A stretch of 64,000 nucleotides of DNA from a virus (lineage: Duplodnaviria > Caudoviricetes), in the IMG/VR virus record IMGVR_UViG_3300042445_001485. One strand, given 5' to 3'. The notes below the pieces were generated by a model. It was given only the letters and a program-made list of their open reading frames with translations. It made no database searches and was not told the origin of the DNA. This document shows positions 19,684-28,582 of this stretch, in pieces. Position 1 is the stretch's first letter, and each line of letters opens with the position of its first letter. A program made the translations under genes and the position numbers.

Positions 19684-19747
19684 GTTGTTTCTCCTTTAAT
19701 AAGCAAGTTATGACTTTTGTAATGTAGCCCCATAATGGGCGCTACAT
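19679..19747 (-). promoter_or_regulatory. ROSE-like RNA thermometer in the hsp20 5' UTR
   Basis: UUGCU can pair with the SD AGGA (bulged G), GUCAU pairs with AUGAC over the start codon, plus an upstream ATGTAGC/GCTACAT hairpin. Confidence 0.65.
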
Positions 19748-19774
19748 GTTTATTTATTATACAGAAAAAATTAT

Positions 19775-20014
19775 TTAATACAACTTTTTTGGTAATTCTT
19801 GGTCACGCAACTTTTTACGCCAACGGGCCTGTGCCGCACCTCGTTTGCGTTTGCGTTCGGTTGTGGGTTTTTCAAAATGTTGGCGTTCTTTTATTTCTTC
19901 AAGTAGTCCCGACTCTTGGATTTTTTTCTTGAATTTGCGTAGAGCTTTATCCACTTGATCATTTTGAACAATTACGCTACATCCGCGAATTGGTTTTGGT
20001 TTGTAATATGACAT
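19775..20014 (-). CDS. rpsU: 30S ribosomal protein bS21
   Basis: V.V.N..VDKALRKFKKK..ESG...E...R.HFEKPTTERKRK pattern. Confidence 0.9.
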   Translation of the reverse strand: MSYYKPKPIRGCSVIVQNDQVDKALRKFKKKIQESGLLEEIKERQHFEKPTTERKRKRGAAQARWRKKLRDQELPKKLY

Positions 20015-20025
20015 GTACTATTTAC

Positions 20026-21516
20026 TTAAATTTTACCTTGTTGTTGATTTTTTAAATATTCAGCTATTTGGGTTTGTTCTGTTTCACTGAGCTCGTCCGG
20101 ATCGTACTCGCCCGAAGCAATTTTATCTACCAGATGTTTGATATATGCTTCATTAAATACGTAGTTATCTGTTAGTGATTTATCACTTTCAACCCACTTG
20201 GACCCATTCCATTTGAACAATTTACTGGGTAGATAATCTGTACGCAAAAACATGTCACCCTTGTTTGGCTTCAACGGAAACGATGTTCCGAAGTCAGCAT
20301 TTGATGCGTTGCCTAAACTGGGATGATTATCTGCTAGGGCACTTAATTCTGGAAACTGTTGTTTAAACGAGTCAATGCTATAACTACGGCCGTTATGCAT
20401 TAAATGATCGCTGTTTGTTAAAAATACCAAGTTATCGTCGGGTGGTAGCGGTTCATCTAATGCCGCAACTTCCGCTTCAGTAAAAGGTCTAGTTTCAACA
20501 GCGGAAATCTCCCCAGGGGCGAGTATAGCCATTGCGGCCGCATCTTCGTGTATGGCATGTGTGCTGGGTGGGGGTGGCGCCACCATGGGCATAAGATTCT
20601 TAAAATGTTCAAATGGCCGTTTTAAATATGCCAAAGGGTCAAACTTAGTTTGAGGTTCATCGGGCTCGTTCTGAGCTATGGGCTCAGCGACTTCCGGCGC
20701 TGTTGGTGCCTCTACCGTTGGTTCATCTAAAATTGATCCCGATTCTTTCTTGTCTCGTTCTTCTTGGGCCCACTTGATGCTTTGTTGTGCGGCTAGTATT
20801 AATACCAGTGCCAAGGGATCAAACACCAGCACAATAATAATGATCACCAGCCTGACAGCTCGTTCTAATACATTCTGATCAGGATTGTCGCCATACACCA
20901 GGGCCGCTATGTATTTTATAGGACCGACTTCTGATTCGATCTTCCTGTTCTCTGCGGCGAGAGGTGCCCGGTCTTCATTAAGTTGACTAATTTTTTTCTG
21001 TTCGGCCTCGATCTCGGCTTGTAAACGGGTTCGCTCTTTTTGCTGAGATCTGCGTATAGAGACTGCTTTATCGGCACCCTTTTCATCTGAGCTTCGGCCC
21101 ATGACTTGATCCACTGCCTCATCATACTGTTTAAGAACTTTGCGGTTAGCATCGATATTGTCCCTTGCTATTTTGATTTTTTCATCGTATATGGCTACCC
21201 GGGCCATTGAATCACCTGATACTAAACTTTGATCACTGTGTGCTTTACTCAGGAATCCAAAGATGCCCATGCTTGTTAACAGCATTAAGAATGCCACAGC
21301 CGGAACAAGATAAAACTTGTACAACAGGCTGGCTCGTTCCCAATACATCTTTAGCCAAATAGCCGCAGTGACTTTGCCAACTTCTAGGCTGGCACCCATG
21401 ATCATGATGGGGATCACAGCGGCTGAGAAAATGGCAGTTAGGCCTATAATACTGTAGTAGGCCGCAATGGCACTGATGATCAGTGCAACGATTAGAGTGA
21501 AGTATCCAAATATCAT
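20026..21516 (-). CDS. Membrane protein with coiled coil and acidic/Pro-rich tail
   Basis: N-terminal TM helices, coiled coil, IILVFDPLA TM segment; preceded by both a sigma70 (TTGACA-17-TATACT) and an exact TATAAATA box. Confidence 0.7.
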   Translation of the reverse strand: MIFGYFTLIVALIISAIAAYYSIIGLTAIFSAAVIPIMIMGASLEVGKVTAAIWLKMYWERASLLYKFYLVPAVAFLMLLTSMGIFGFLSKAHSDQSLVSGDSMARVAIYDEKIKIARDNIDANRKVLKQYDEAVDQVMGRSSDEKGADKAVSIRRSQQKERTRLQAEIEAEQKKISQLNEDRAPLAAENRKIESEVGPIKYIAALVYGDNPDQNVLERAVRLVIIIIVLVFDPLALVLILAAQQSIKWAQEERDKKESGSILDEPTVEAPTAPEVAEPIAQNEPDEPQTKFDPLAYLKRPFEHFKNLMPMVAPPPPSTHAIHEDAAAMAILAPGEISAVETRPFTEAEVAALDEPLPPDDNLVFLTNSDHLMHNGRSYSIDSFKQQFPELSALADNHPSLGNASNADFGTSFPLKPNKGDMFLRTDYLPSKLFKWNGSKWVESDKSLTDNYVFNEAYIKHLVDKIASGEYDPDELSETEQTQIAEYLKNQQQGKI

Positions 21517-21583
21517 AGTCGTATATTTATAGGTTTTAGTCCTATAGTATACGCAGATAAATGGGAGTTGTCAATGATTATGG

Positions 21584-21735
21584 TTAATCTACTAACCAGG
21601 TTAAACCAATAGCAGACCTTGTTAAGGAGCCACCACTGCTGACAAACACACTGATTGTTTCGCCAGGTGCTAGTGTTAGATTATAATCCAACAGGTCAAA
21701 TGTAGGTTGGTCGAGTTAGGATTTTGTACACCCAT
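21584..21735 (-). pseudogene. Probable internally deleted gene remnant
   Basis: Coupled ATG (TAATG) reads MGVQNPNSTN..., then a protein-like C-terminus (...PTFDLLDYNLTLAPGETISVFVSS...LTWLVD*) continues in another frame without a start. Confidence 0.4.
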
Positions 21736-22595
21736 TATGCTTTAATACCAATAAAGAGTTGACTAGTACGATCAGCAGTCCATGTGTTGCTGTTAGTAGA
21801 ACCATACCCATTATTGATTGCTGTTCTTACGGTGGCATTTAATGCAGAGGCATCCCAAACAGTAAGTACCACAATGTTACCACTGGCAACTCCGTTTAAT
21901 GCGTTTGCCAACAAAGTTAAATCACCAGCAACTCCATATGTGTCATAATTTGCTGTACTAACTAAATCACCATAAGAATCCAACACCACCATATTATGGC
22001 CTCTATCGCCAATATTCAATAGTTCAATGTCGTTTACAACTACTCTGCTATTCTGATATTCAGGTACATCCCATGTTGATGCATACACATAAATCTTATT
22101 ACCACTCACATACTGTGTGGTTGTTAATGCCGCGGTTGTTCCAAATGCTTCGTAGAATGTAAATGCGGATACTGTTTCAATCCAAGGACGACCAGTAACA
22201 AGCCCGCCAACATTGGGATTGTCCACGATAGAGTTGCCCGCAAATTGTGTGGGCAATGATGTAAGGTCATAAGTGGCTCTTGGTTTGCTTGATGCCGCCC
22301 GGTCTAGTGCGGCCAAATCTAATTTGGCTTTTTGTCTAATTTCTCTAGAAGCCAATCTGCCAATCTTGTTGTGTGTTCTTAGTGCTGTGCCAGTGATGAT
22401 GCTCAAACTAGCAAGTGTGGCAGATTCCGTCAAAATGGTTTCTGCCTTAGATATGTCGTACCAAGTAGAATTAAACCCACGGGCTGTGTTGATGGCTGTT
22501 TTTAACTGTGCCACGGTCTGACCATTGTCGATGGTGTAGCTGTCATAAACGGCTGTGTTTAACAAGCTCTGTACTGTAATGGTGATATTGGCCAT
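21735..22595 (-). CDS. Late protein with ubiquitin-like N-terminus and ILEI/PANDER-like C-terminal domain
   Basis: ITITVQSL...YTIDNGQTVAQLKTAI beta-grasp pattern; RGHNMVVLD...YDTYG...IVVLTVWDAS ILEI-like pattern; TAAATA box and SD upstream. Confidence 0.5.
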   Translation of the reverse strand: MANITITVQSLLNTAVYDSYTIDNGQTVAQLKTAINTARGFNSTWYDISKAETILTESATLASLSIITGTALRTHNKIGRLASREIRQKAKLDLAALDRAASSKPRATYDLTSLPTQFAGNSIVDNPNVGGLVTGRPWIETVSAFTFYEAFGTTAALTTTQYVSGNKIYVYASTWDVPEYQNSRVVVNDIELLNIGDRGHNMVVLDSYGDLVSTANYDTYGVAGDLTLLANALNGVASGNIVVLTVWDASALNATVRTAINNGYGSTNSNTWTADRTSQLFIGIKA

Positions 22596-22647
22596 ATTTG
22601 TCCCTGTATAGGATATTTAGCCAAAAGACCACCCGCCGGGGCGGTGT

Positions 22648-22830
22648 TTACTGCACTACTGCTTGTAAGTATTCTTCACCAGCAACCTTAAGCATGGCAG
22701 TATGAGTTACCAATCTAGCAAATTCATCAATTTCTTCAGCAGATGCATATATTTCTGGAAGTGTGCTGTGACATACTGCCCACAGGCGTTCAATGTCGGC
22801 TTCTGTTAACCAAGTATCAAATTCCATCAT
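22648..22830 (-). CDS. Small hypothetical protein
   Basis: 60-aa ORF in an ATGA-coupled series. Confidence 0.6.
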   Translation of the reverse strand: MMEFDTWLTEADIERLWAVCHSTLPEIYASAEEIDEFARLVTHTAMLKVAGEEYLQAVVQ

Positions 22831-22973
22831 TCTTCCACTCCGATCCTAATTAGAAAACCACGAGAGTTTCTTAACTTATCTAATTCAGAGAGTTCGTTGT
22901 CTGAACCCACTGTGGTCCAATTGGCGTATAATGCAACGATTGCAATAACTATGAAACCAATTGTTTCTTTCAT
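22827..22973 (-). CDS. Small membrane protein (MKETIGFIVIAIVALYANW...)
   Basis: Read manually; ATGA overlaps at both ends. Confidence 0.55.
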   Translation of the reverse strand: MKETIGFIVIAIVALYANWTTVGSDNELSELDKLRNSRGFLIRIGVEE

Positions 22974-23482
22974 TCTGCAACTCCAAACTGTTTTATCAAT
23001 CGTGAGATATCGGTAATATCGTTTTTTGTAATATTAAACCATTCTCCTCTTACCCATTTTTTTTCAAAATGCTTGTGTAATTTTTTTTCAATAATATCTA
23101 CTCGGTTCAGCAAGTCTGATTTCCAAACTAATTTAAGATCCAACCAATGCGCTGTCTGTAAAGATCTTTTTCTTTTATCTGTGTTTGATCCCGAAGTTAT
23201 TCCAATTTTATAAGGTGTTCCTGGGATATCTGGACCTATAACATAAATGGTTCCAGTAACAGCACCTGCCATGACCAATGTAGTTTTTTGACTACGAACT
23301 AGTCCTTTGGCCTTTATTGCGCTACGCCATTGTGTGGCATATTGTTTGGCACAGGATTTACATTGGGGAATAGCAAGTTGATTCAAATTTTTAGCAACCT
23401 TCTTGAGACCGCTAGGAAAAAAATACTCTTCTGTTGCTTCCAGTAACAGTTTACATTTTGAGCAGGTGTAATGTAATTTCAT
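22970..23482 (-). CDS. Zn-ribbon + T5orf172/GIY-YIG-like endonuclease
   Basis: CSKC..CKSC ribbon, IYVIG..YKIGIT, IEKKLHKHF...RGEWF; probable start MKLHYTC at 23482. Confidence 0.75.
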   Translation of the reverse strand: MKLHYTCSKCKLLLEATEEYFFPSGLKKVAKNLNQLAIPQCKSCAKQYATQWRSAIKAKGLVRSQKTTLVMAGAVTGTIYVIGPDIPGTPYKIGITSGSNTDKRKRSLQTAHWLDLKLVWKSDLLNRVDIIEKKLHKHFEKKWVRGEWFNITKNDITDISRLIKQFGVAE

Positions 23483-23653
23483 TCTAATTCCTATCCACTG
23501 GTAAACAAACATATTGTCGAGCAGTGGTATTGGGTTGTTTAGCAGATACACAATCCTGTTTGGTTCGATAATGCTCGACCACTTGATAATCCTTGATAGG
23601 ACCATTATTGGATCCCGGAGACAACAATACAACAACCAATACCCAATTGAGCA

Positions 23654-23833
23654 TCACAGACCTTTGATAAAGTCTATAACTGCACGGGCTTGAGTTAAAT
23701 CCATGTCGGTGTCGTCTGCTGTTTTATCTGCCGGACGGAATACATAGTGTGTATTCTTAATGGCATACAGACTGGTGTTGTTGGTGGGTACAACATTGAA
23801 TCGGTCATAGCTCATTTGGCGTTTCTTGTTCAT
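23654..23833 (-). CDS. Small hypothetical protein (MNKKRQMSYDRF...)
   Basis: SD AAGGAG; read manually; followed by a coupled 55-aa ORF MLNWVLVV... Confidence 0.55.
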   Translation of the reverse strand: MNKKRQMSYDRFNVVPTNNTSLYAIKNTHYVFRPADKTADDTDMDLTQARAVIDFIKGL

Positions 23834-23842
23834 ACTTGCTCC

Positions 23843-24223
23843 TTAGGTGATTAAAATATGTTTCTGGTTGGCTCGGTCGCTGTACAACTGGTTGCCACGC
23901 TCACGAATCATGTCGGCCGCTGTCTGCGGTGTGGACTCAAACAGGTCACGCAAATCTTGTTGAGTAATACCACGGTCTGTTGTTACTGTATAAATTTCGT
24001 AATGTCGCTGTGGGTTTTTTCGGGCTCGCATGATCATCATACCAACCATTTGGTTGACTTTTACCAGGTGTTCATTGCGTGGTACTGTGTCTGGATCGCG
24101 GATTATGTCGAACAGTTTTTCTTGTTCAAATGTTTCTGAGCGATCACGGTCTTGTGTAATGTCAACACAGGCTTCAAGTCCGGTGTTGTCCCAACTAAGA
24201 ATAAAAAGATTTTGTTTCTTCAT
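23843..24223 (-). CDS. Hypothetical early protein
   Basis: Start MKKQNL placed 6 nt after a TTGACT-17-TACAAT promoter (24258-24230). Confidence 0.7.
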   Translation of the reverse strand: MKKQNLFILSWDNTGLEACVDITQDRDRSETFEQEKLFDIIRDPDTVPRNEHLVKVNQMVGMMIMRARKNPQRHYEIYTVTTDRGITQQDLRDLFESTPQTAADMIRERGNQLYSDRANQKHILIT

Positions 24224-24250
24224 AGTGCTATTGTACAATAGATGCCATTG

Positions 24251-24649
24251 TTAGTCAATGGCTCTACGGAACACAATTTCCTGTCGTGCAAAGGCTTCTT
24301 GTTCCCAGGGTTGATCCAAATACGGAGTGCGTCTTGAGTAGAACTTGCCACACCATTTTTTACCTCGTGGTGTTATCTTTAATATACCTTTGGCCATTTG
24401 ACGCACATGCACCAATTCATGTGCAAGTGTTACTCCCAATTCCAGGCAATTGCGTTTGGGCTTTAACACAACCAAAACGGTATCTATGCCTGTCATTGGC
24501 ACTGTGGTGCCGTGGTCTTTGAGATCACGATCTACTTTAATCATTAAAAATTTACGGCTACTGTCCAACCCAAGTTGGGTCAGCATACTGGGCAGTACCG
24601 CTTCAATAAATCGTCGAGTCTTGGGGCCTGCTTCAACATGGAATTCCAT
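24251..24649 (-). CDS. HEXXH metallopeptidase-like protein
   Basis: TLAHELVHVRQ ... PWEQEA motif. Confidence 0.65.
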   Translation of the reverse strand: MEFHVEAGPKTRRFIEAVLPSMLTQLGLDSSRKFLMIKVDRDLKDHGTTVPMTGIDTVLVVLKPKRNCLELGVTLAHELVHVRQMAKGILKITPRGKKWCGKFYSRRTPYLDQPWEQEAFARQEIVFRRAID

Positions 24650-24659
24650 TGTGTGTTCC

Positions 24660-24986
24660 TTAGTGGCTGTTCAGAGCAGGATTAAATTCGGCAATCAATT
24701 CACGCTCACGAGCATGAGCAGGCTTGCGTCCACGCACAAACTCCACAATGCCGTAAGTGTGAGCCAATGTGCCGTATTCGCGAATTGACTTACACAAAGC
24801 CCAATCTTTGTTTTCTGTAACTGCACGGCGTACATGTTTCTGCATACGCACTTTTAGAGCTTTACGAACTTGTTGTCCGCAAACTGTAATACCAATGTAT
24901 TGTTGGCCTGTTGTTGTATTGGTAATACAGTAAACGACATGCTTGGTATCTTGGCGTCTTTTTCGGGGTTGCTTTTTAAGTTCCAT
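24660..24986 (-). CDS. GIY-YIG nuclease family protein
   Basis: VVYCITNTTTGQQYIGIT, R..H, ERELI...LN; TTGTCC-17-TATAAT promoter 6 nt upstream of the ATG. Confidence 0.8.
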   Translation of the reverse strand: MELKKQPRKRRQDTKHVVYCITNTTTGQQYIGITVCGQQVRKALKVRMQKHVRRAVTENKDWALCKSIREYGTLAHTYGIVEFVRGRKPAHARERELIAEFNPALNSH

Positions 24987-25031
24987 ACAAGTATTATAGC
25001 AATGATTCCTTTTTCGGACAAATTTCGGCCA

Positions 25032-25108
25032 TAAAAAAAGTACTACAAAAGTAGTACTTTTTGAGCCCTAAAAGTAGTACTTTTTATGTAGTACTTTAGT
25101 ATTACTTT
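25032..25108. repeat. GTAGTACTTT repeat cluster including a terminator hairpin
   Basis: Copies at 25051, 25074 and 25088, variant at 25099, inverted copy at 25037; 12-bp hairpin 25035-25062 with a T-run on the minus strand. Confidence 0.8.
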
Positions 25109-25335
25109 TAGTGCAGAGTTGCGTCATTGTCAATGTCGTCTATGTCCCTGACCCCAAATATTTTCAATATTCTTTGTACACTTTTAGGTGCAGTAAAGGA
25201 TCCAGTTTCGGGTAACAATACGCTTTTTAATTTGCCATCGGGGCTAATAATAAAAGCATAGTCCTCGTCTGCCCAATCTACTTCATTAAGAAATTCGTCA
25301 ATTTCTTCTTCCGACTCTCGCGTGACCTTGGACAT
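25108..25335 (-). CDS. Small acidic hypothetical protein
   Basis: 75-aa ORF with SD AAGGAGG. Confidence 0.7.
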   Translation of the reverse strand: MSKVTRESEEEIDEFLNEVDWADEDYAFIISPDGKLKSVLLPETGSFTAPKSVQRILKIFGVRDIDDIDNDATLH

Positions 25336-25359
25336 GTCTGTCCTCCTTGTTATTATTAT

Positions 25360-25692
25360 TTACTTAAAAAGTATCATTGCCATTATGGTTGCTTGAGCAA
25401 TAAACCCAATTCCGATTGTGACAATATTCAGGGTGTCTTTGAGAATCACTGCACGGCCAAACAGCAGTACAAGTCCGGCCCACATGAACAGCACAATGTC
25501 CAGTCCTGGAGTGCGATCACTGAGCCCGGTCAACAGAGCCAACAAACTGGGAACTGTGGCACAATGTATCACTATTGCGGCCAACCAACCCAGGGTGTCT
25601 GCTGAGATTTTACCAAAATGATCTTCAAAAAACTTGATGATGTTGAATTTAACTTTGGCCACAGTGAATAGATTCATGTCAGGAAATTTCAT
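25360..25692 (-). CDS. Small membrane protein
   Basis: Three hydrophobic helices. Confidence 0.7.
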   Translation of the reverse strand: MKFPDMNLFTVAKVKFNIIKFFEDHFGKISADTLGWLAAIVIHCATVPSLLALLTGLSDRTPGLDIVLFMWAGLVLLFGRAVILKDTLNIVTIGIGFIAQATIMAMILFK

Positions 25693-25695
25693 TGC

Positions 25696-26271
25696 TTAGT
25701 CCTTGTAAAAAATATGGCGGCCAATTTGGCTAATTTTCTTCTTGCCCCAGTTGGGACTGACATAATCGCCATGGAAGTAAAGTGCATCACGCATTGTACT
25801 AAGTCCAAAGTTTTCTAGCAACACTTTCTTTGCCACTTCTTCACTTTCTCGATAAAGTGCAGGATATATGGGTCGGATTTTGTGTGTGGCTTCGCAGACC
25901 CAGCTGAATTGGCAAACTATTTTGCCAAGGTAATTGTTCTGTTGATATACCACTCCGCATACTCCTTCGCCAAATCGACCTGATGTAACTCGGTTCATGG
26001 TAACTTGAGCCACAGCAACTTTGCCTTCAAACGGCTCACTTGCGGCTTCCCAATAGATGTTCCTGGTCAAACAATCCAACTGACGAGTACGATCTGCTGT
26101 ACTGACGAAACCTTGACGGTAAGCTTCTGAGCCTTCCCTTAGGTTTTCGAATTTAATATTGACTACCTGTACCAGTACAGCGGCAATTAACATTAAACCT
26201 AAAAATTTCAACAGCATTGTAGTGAATGCCGCTAAAAGGTCTTGGTTGATACGAGACATGAGTGTCATCAT
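25696..26271 (-). CDS. Cell wall hydrolase (SleB/Hydrolase_2 family) with N-terminal TM anchor
   Basis: CLTRNIYWEAASEP..GKVAVAQVTMNRV, CQFSW, ALYFH, IGRHIFY. Confidence 0.9.
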   Translation of the reverse strand: MMTLMSRINQDLLAAFTTMLLKFLGLMLIAAVLVQVVNIKFENLREGSEAYRQGFVSTADRTRQLDCLTRNIYWEAASEPFEGKVAVAQVTMNRVTSGRFGEGVCGVVYQQNNYLGKIVCQFSWVCEATHKIRPIYPALYRESEEVAKKVLLENFGLSTMRDALYFHGDYVSPNWGKKKISQIGRHIFYKD

Positions 26272-26410
26272 ATTTTACCTCCTTCTATAGGTGTGTAGTT
26301 TTATATAACCCATTAAGTCTTGGGGTAAACGACTACTATAACCCAATGACTGAGTATATTATAGCGTTTTTTTCGTAGAAAAGCAAGTAATATGGGCAGT
26401 TAATGCCCAT

Positions 26411-27970
26411 TTATTTTTTGTATTTTGTACCAATCAGCAACGAGTTGCGAGACTGCACCAACAGATTTCTTCCCTCAACCAGAGCGGCATGAATGGCATC
26501 GCCACCAGCATTGCTCTGGCGGCATCCTTCAAAAAGTGTGGCATAATTTAGTCCCTGACTATCAACTCCATAGTCATGTAAATTATTAACCATGCTCAAA
26601 ATACCGGTAACTCCGGCTGGGGTTATGTCGTCCAGTTGTATTCCCGCCAATAATAAATTATTCAATTCAGTTGTCACTTGAGATTGCATGGCAGTGACAG
26701 CAGAATTTCCTGTGGTGGCCGTTGAGCTGAGTGCTGTTGTGGTGTTGAAGGTATTGGCCGCCGACCAAAGCGCCACAAATGCATTATCAATTTTGCTGGC
26801 TAGGCCGGTTGCACATTGTGTAATGACATTTGCTAAATTTGCGTTAAGGGCTGTACCTGCTGTGTCAGACTCTGCTGTGGTTAAACAACTGCTGATGGTT
26901 GTAAGTGCCGTACTGTGGGTAACTCCTGCTATAGAACCCATAACATCTGTTATAGTTGGGTTACCTAGACTGCCTGTACCTGTACCTATAGAAGCAGACA
27001 AATTGGCATAATCAGAATCTGATATAATATCAGTATAGGCATCCAAGTAAGTGAGGACAGGAACTTCAATGTTGTTTAATAAATCAGCAACTTCTGTAAA
27101 AGATTTAAATCTGCCGCCTAAGTTAATGAACTCATTGGCCAAGCCTGCAAAGTCACCACCGGGAACAACTGCCAGCTCTGCACTATTAAAGATCTTACTC
27201 AAGTCAAGCAATTGACTTAAATCTGTTATGGTAGAATTTGGTCTAAGGCCTGTTTGAGAAATAATTTTGTTTAGTGTGTCGCCTTTGATACTTGATAAGA
27301 ATATAAGTAGTGTATTGGCGTCATCTGTTCTCCAAGTGGTAGGCAATAAGTAACCACCGATTATATAATCGGATTTCTGCGTTTCTGCAAAGCCATAGTC
27401 TATTAGATTCTGTATAAATGTTGCAGGGTCGCCTAATTTGTTTAGATTTTTAACATCATAGGCAGTACCAAAGCGGCGAATGCCATTGCTTAATGTGGCC
27501 ATTTGTGCATCAGTGCCGAAGATGTTACTAAGTCCATTAGCAACTGCGCTACTGTGATTTGTAACACTGATACCCAGATCATCAAATGTTTGATCATAAA
27601 AAGTTTCCAACATGGTCTGTGTTGCTAGACTTGCTGTAACAAATGCACCGGCTTGTGATAGTATAGCAGTAAACTTTGTGATATCGTATAGGCCGTTGCC
27701 AATGCTGGGCAACATTTTATTGTAGTGTGATGACACCGTGGAAATTGTTGTGTTAGCGTTAGCAATATACAAGGGCAAGTATAAGTTAGTTACTGTCCAT
27801 CCTCTAGCAGACAGGGTATTGCCGTGTGTGGTTCCAGGTTGTAGATTTGAATAGTTGCTGACTAGACCATTGGTGCTGATAGTGGTCATAGCCGAGGTCA
27901 TAATGGCATTGGGTTGCAGGCCAACATTGCCAAGTAGATTTGACGCTGAGATCATCAATGACGGAGTCAT
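26411..27970 (-). CDS. Hypothetical Asn/Thr/Ser-rich protein, probably virion
   Basis: 519-aa ORF directly downstream of the PAAR gene. Confidence 0.55.
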   Translation of the reverse strand: MTPSLMISASNLLGNVGLQPNAIMTSAMTTISTNGLVSNYSNLQPGTTHGNTLSARGWTVTNLYLPLYIANANTTISTVSSHYNKMLPSIGNGLYDITKFTAILSQAGAFVTASLATQTMLETFYDQTFDDLGISVTNHSSAVANGLSNIFGTDAQMATLSNGIRRFGTAYDVKNLNKLGDPATFIQNLIDYGFAETQKSDYIIGGYLLPTTWRTDDANTLLIFLSSIKGDTLNKIISQTGLRPNSTITDLSQLLDLSKIFNSAELAVVPGGDFAGLANEFINLGGRFKSFTEVADLLNNIEVPVLTYLDAYTDIISDSDYANLSASIGTGTGSLGNPTITDVMGSIAGVTHSTALTTISSCLTTAESDTAGTALNANLANVITQCATGLASKIDNAFVALWSAANTFNTTTALSSTATTGNSAVTAMQSQVTTELNNLLLAGIQLDDITPAGVTGILSMVNNLHDYGVDSQGLNYATLFEGCRQSNAGGDAIHAALVEGRNLLVQSRNSLLIGTKYKK

Positions 27971-27971
27971 A

Positions 27972-28265
27972 TCACGATCCTACCGTTACTGTTGCGGCGC
28001 CCGGGCCTGTGATGGGACCTGGTCCCCAAAACTCTCTGCGATTTTTTTTAACTGATACTGTGGTAGTATCTCCAACAAAACTCAATGCTTTACCTTCAAT
28101 GGTTACAGTACTGGATCCCGGACCCGTAACAGTTTCGCCGTGATCTGTTTTGTCGCTTGATACCAGTGTTGGTGGTTTGCCTTCAATCGTGACTGTACTT
28201 GCTCCAGGGCCTGCTACGCTTTCGCCCTTGGCAGTTGCATCACCGAGTAACGAAGGTACGGCCAT
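27972..28265 (-). CDS. PAAR-like spike-tip protein
   Basis: Three repeats of (T/A)GPG(A/S)xTVT(I/V)(E)G; size and pattern of gp5.4/PAAR. Confidence 0.7.
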   Translation of the reverse strand: MAVPSLLGDATAKGESVAGPGASTVTIEGKPPTLVSSDKTDHGETVTGPGSSTVTIEGKALSFVGDTTTVSVKKNRREFWGPGPITGPGAATVTVGS

Positions 28266-28266
28266 G

Positions 28267-28581
28267 TTATACTATGATCTTTTGTTTTGGTGCAACATCA
28301 ATACCTGTTGTGGTTTTGATATAGTGCGATTTCATTTGTTCTAGAGACTCGGCATGGAACATGACATGTTGCCTACTTAGAAATACCTTGGCATCTTGTT
28401 CGGCACTGAATAAACTCTGAATCAAGCCTATACCTTGTTGACTTGGCATGACCGTACAGGGACTGGCAACACTGAAGCCTTCGCCTGTTTCTTCCACAAC
28501 CTTGGCTACTAGCTCGTCACCGTTGACCATTTTAAAACTTGCTATGTCGCCTGCGGCATATTGTTGATTTGTTACTAGCAT
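28267..28581 (-). CDS. Conserved T4-like phage hypothetical protein
   Basis: FKMVNGDELVAK ... Y...TTGI pattern. Confidence 0.6.
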   Translation of the reverse strand: MLVTNQQYAAGDIASFKMVNGDELVAKVVEETGEGFSVASPCTVMPSQQGIGLIQSLFSAEQDAKVFLSRQHVMFHAESLEQMKSHYIKTTTGIDVAPKQKIIV

Positions 28582-28582
28582 G

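Noticed and set aside
23483-23635. N-terminal extension of the T5orf172-like ORF from the track
   Set aside because: The region is better explained by a separate coupled 55-aa gene (MLNWVLVV...) in another frame
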